Shown in pieces: positions 63,196-64,000 of a stretch of DNA of 64,000 nucleotides. Positions within the stretch are counted from its first letter, which is position 1. Each line of letters begins with the position of its first letter. The stretch is from a virus, in IMG/VR virus record IMGVR_UViG_2926584956_000001, positions 146-64,145 of that record; one strand, written 5' to 3'. The notes beneath the pieces are model-generated. The model ran no database searches. It was not told the DNA's origin and saw nothing but the letters and a program-made list of their open reading frames with translations. Position numbers and translations under genes: made by a program.

Positions 63196-63927
63196 ATGTC
63201 CCAGGAAGTCCCAGAAAATACCGCCCCGGCTCACCCAGAGTTTGCCAAGCGCTTCAAGACGGCATGCGATAATTATTCCCAGTGCCCACCGATGCAGAAG
63301 GGCCGGCTTGTTTGGATTCGTGATAATCTGGAATCGAGATTTAACATATCCGTAAAAGGCGAAGCAGTTCGTAAATGGCACTCTGGTATTGCCATCCCTC
63401 GCCCTAAAACCCTGTCAGCCCTGGCGAAGCTCCTCCATGTGGACGATGGCTGGCTTGCCTTCGGCCTGGAGAGCGAAGTCCCGTCGGCCGAGCGGAAATC
63501 CCGCCTTCTTTCAGATGACGGAGCGGCCAACATCGTCGTCGGCTTCATTCAGATGTCCGGCGGGTATTGCGCCTTCCCCGAGGACGGCGATCCCGATTGG
63601 ATCGACTTCTATGCGATTCTCCGTGCCAAGCAGCGCAAGATTATGGTCTGCCCCTACCGCGACGGCGAGGGCGACAGCGGTCACTTCGAGGTTCCGAATG
63701 AACATCGTAATGGAATTGCCCTCGGCGTCTTTCGCACCGGCCCGACCTCGATCGACCTCTTCGTTCTGCCGAGTGAATGGATCGAGGAATTCGGAGAGCC
63801 CCGCGGCCCCTTCATCACGGCACCCGTGAAGCACTCGGGCAAGAAATGTCTGATGGGCGGGAAGGTACTCATGCCGATCCAGAACGTGGTAGATGAGCTG
63901 GTTGGTTCTCTGGACCGCTTGGGTTAG
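63196..63927 (+). CDS. XRE-family HTH repressor (CI-like) with non-S24 C-terminal domain
   Basis: 'EFAKRFKTA..EAVRKWHSGIAIPRPKTLSALAKLLHVDDGWLAFG'; lies next to the right end. Confidence 0.75.
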   Translation: MSQEVPENTAPAHPEFAKRFKTACDNYSQCPPMQKGRLVWIRDNLESRFNISVKGEAVRKWHSGIAIPRPKTLSALAKLLHVDDGWLAFGLESEVPSAERKSRLLSDDGAANIVVGFIQMSGGYCAFPEDGDPDWIDFYAILRAKQRKIMVCPYRDGEGDSGHFEVPNEHRNGIALGVFRTGPTSIDLFVLPSEWIEEFGEPRGPFITAPVKHSGKKCLMGGKVLMPIQNVVDELVGSLDRLG

Positions 63928-63938
63928 ACCCTCTCGTT

Positions 63939-63957
63939 CATGGTATTGGCCATGGTA
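63939..63957. promoter_or_regulatory. Candidate integrase arm-type sites (CATGGTA x2) near the right prophage end
   Basis: Mirror the heptamers at 8-40. Confidence 0.45.
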
Positions 63958-64000
63958 CCGGCCAATTCAGCCAATCTATTTGTCTTTGATTTTCAATATC

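Larger units (their letters stand above)
1..64000. mobile_element. Chi-like (Casjensviridae-type) temperate siphovirus prophage, apparently complete
   Basis: Integrase at left end, repressor at right end; full head, tail, lysis and replication modules with no visible frameshift lesions; no host housekeeping genes; att core not visible in the window. Confidence 0.88.

Overview
The window is almost entirely one ~64 kb, apparently intact temperate siphophage prophage. Marker genes (GapR/DUF2312, rhizobial-type FlgE) point to an alphaproteobacterial, probably Rhizobiales, host. Left to right: tyrosine integrase and AlpA-like excisionase; lambda-type terminase, portal, S49 protease, decoration and capsid genes; a long non-contractile tail module with a candidate -1 frameshift chaperone and a tape measure protein carrying a lysozyme domain; three beta-propeller-like tail proteins; a GH108 endolysin/spanin lysis cassette; a leftward accessory region (DNA methyltransferase, GapR, ParB-like, DNA ligase, MazG-like, ArdA); a repeat-rich ~1.9 kb non-coding ori/cos region; and a replication module (primase, DUF2800, DUF2815, family B polymerase, VRR-NUC, SNF2 helicase) ending in an XRE repressor. 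This gene order resembles Chi-like (Casjensviridae) phages, with repressor-att-integrase inserted between helicase and terminase. The most striking item is a full-length flagellar hook gene (flgE, 574 aa, duplicated D2 domain) inside the prophage. It is bracketed by a 24-bp motif present once upstream and four times downstream at an exact 37-bp period. A palindromic CACY-N5-RGTG motif recurs in many intergenic gaps. All protein calls come from motif recognition by eye; no database searches were run.
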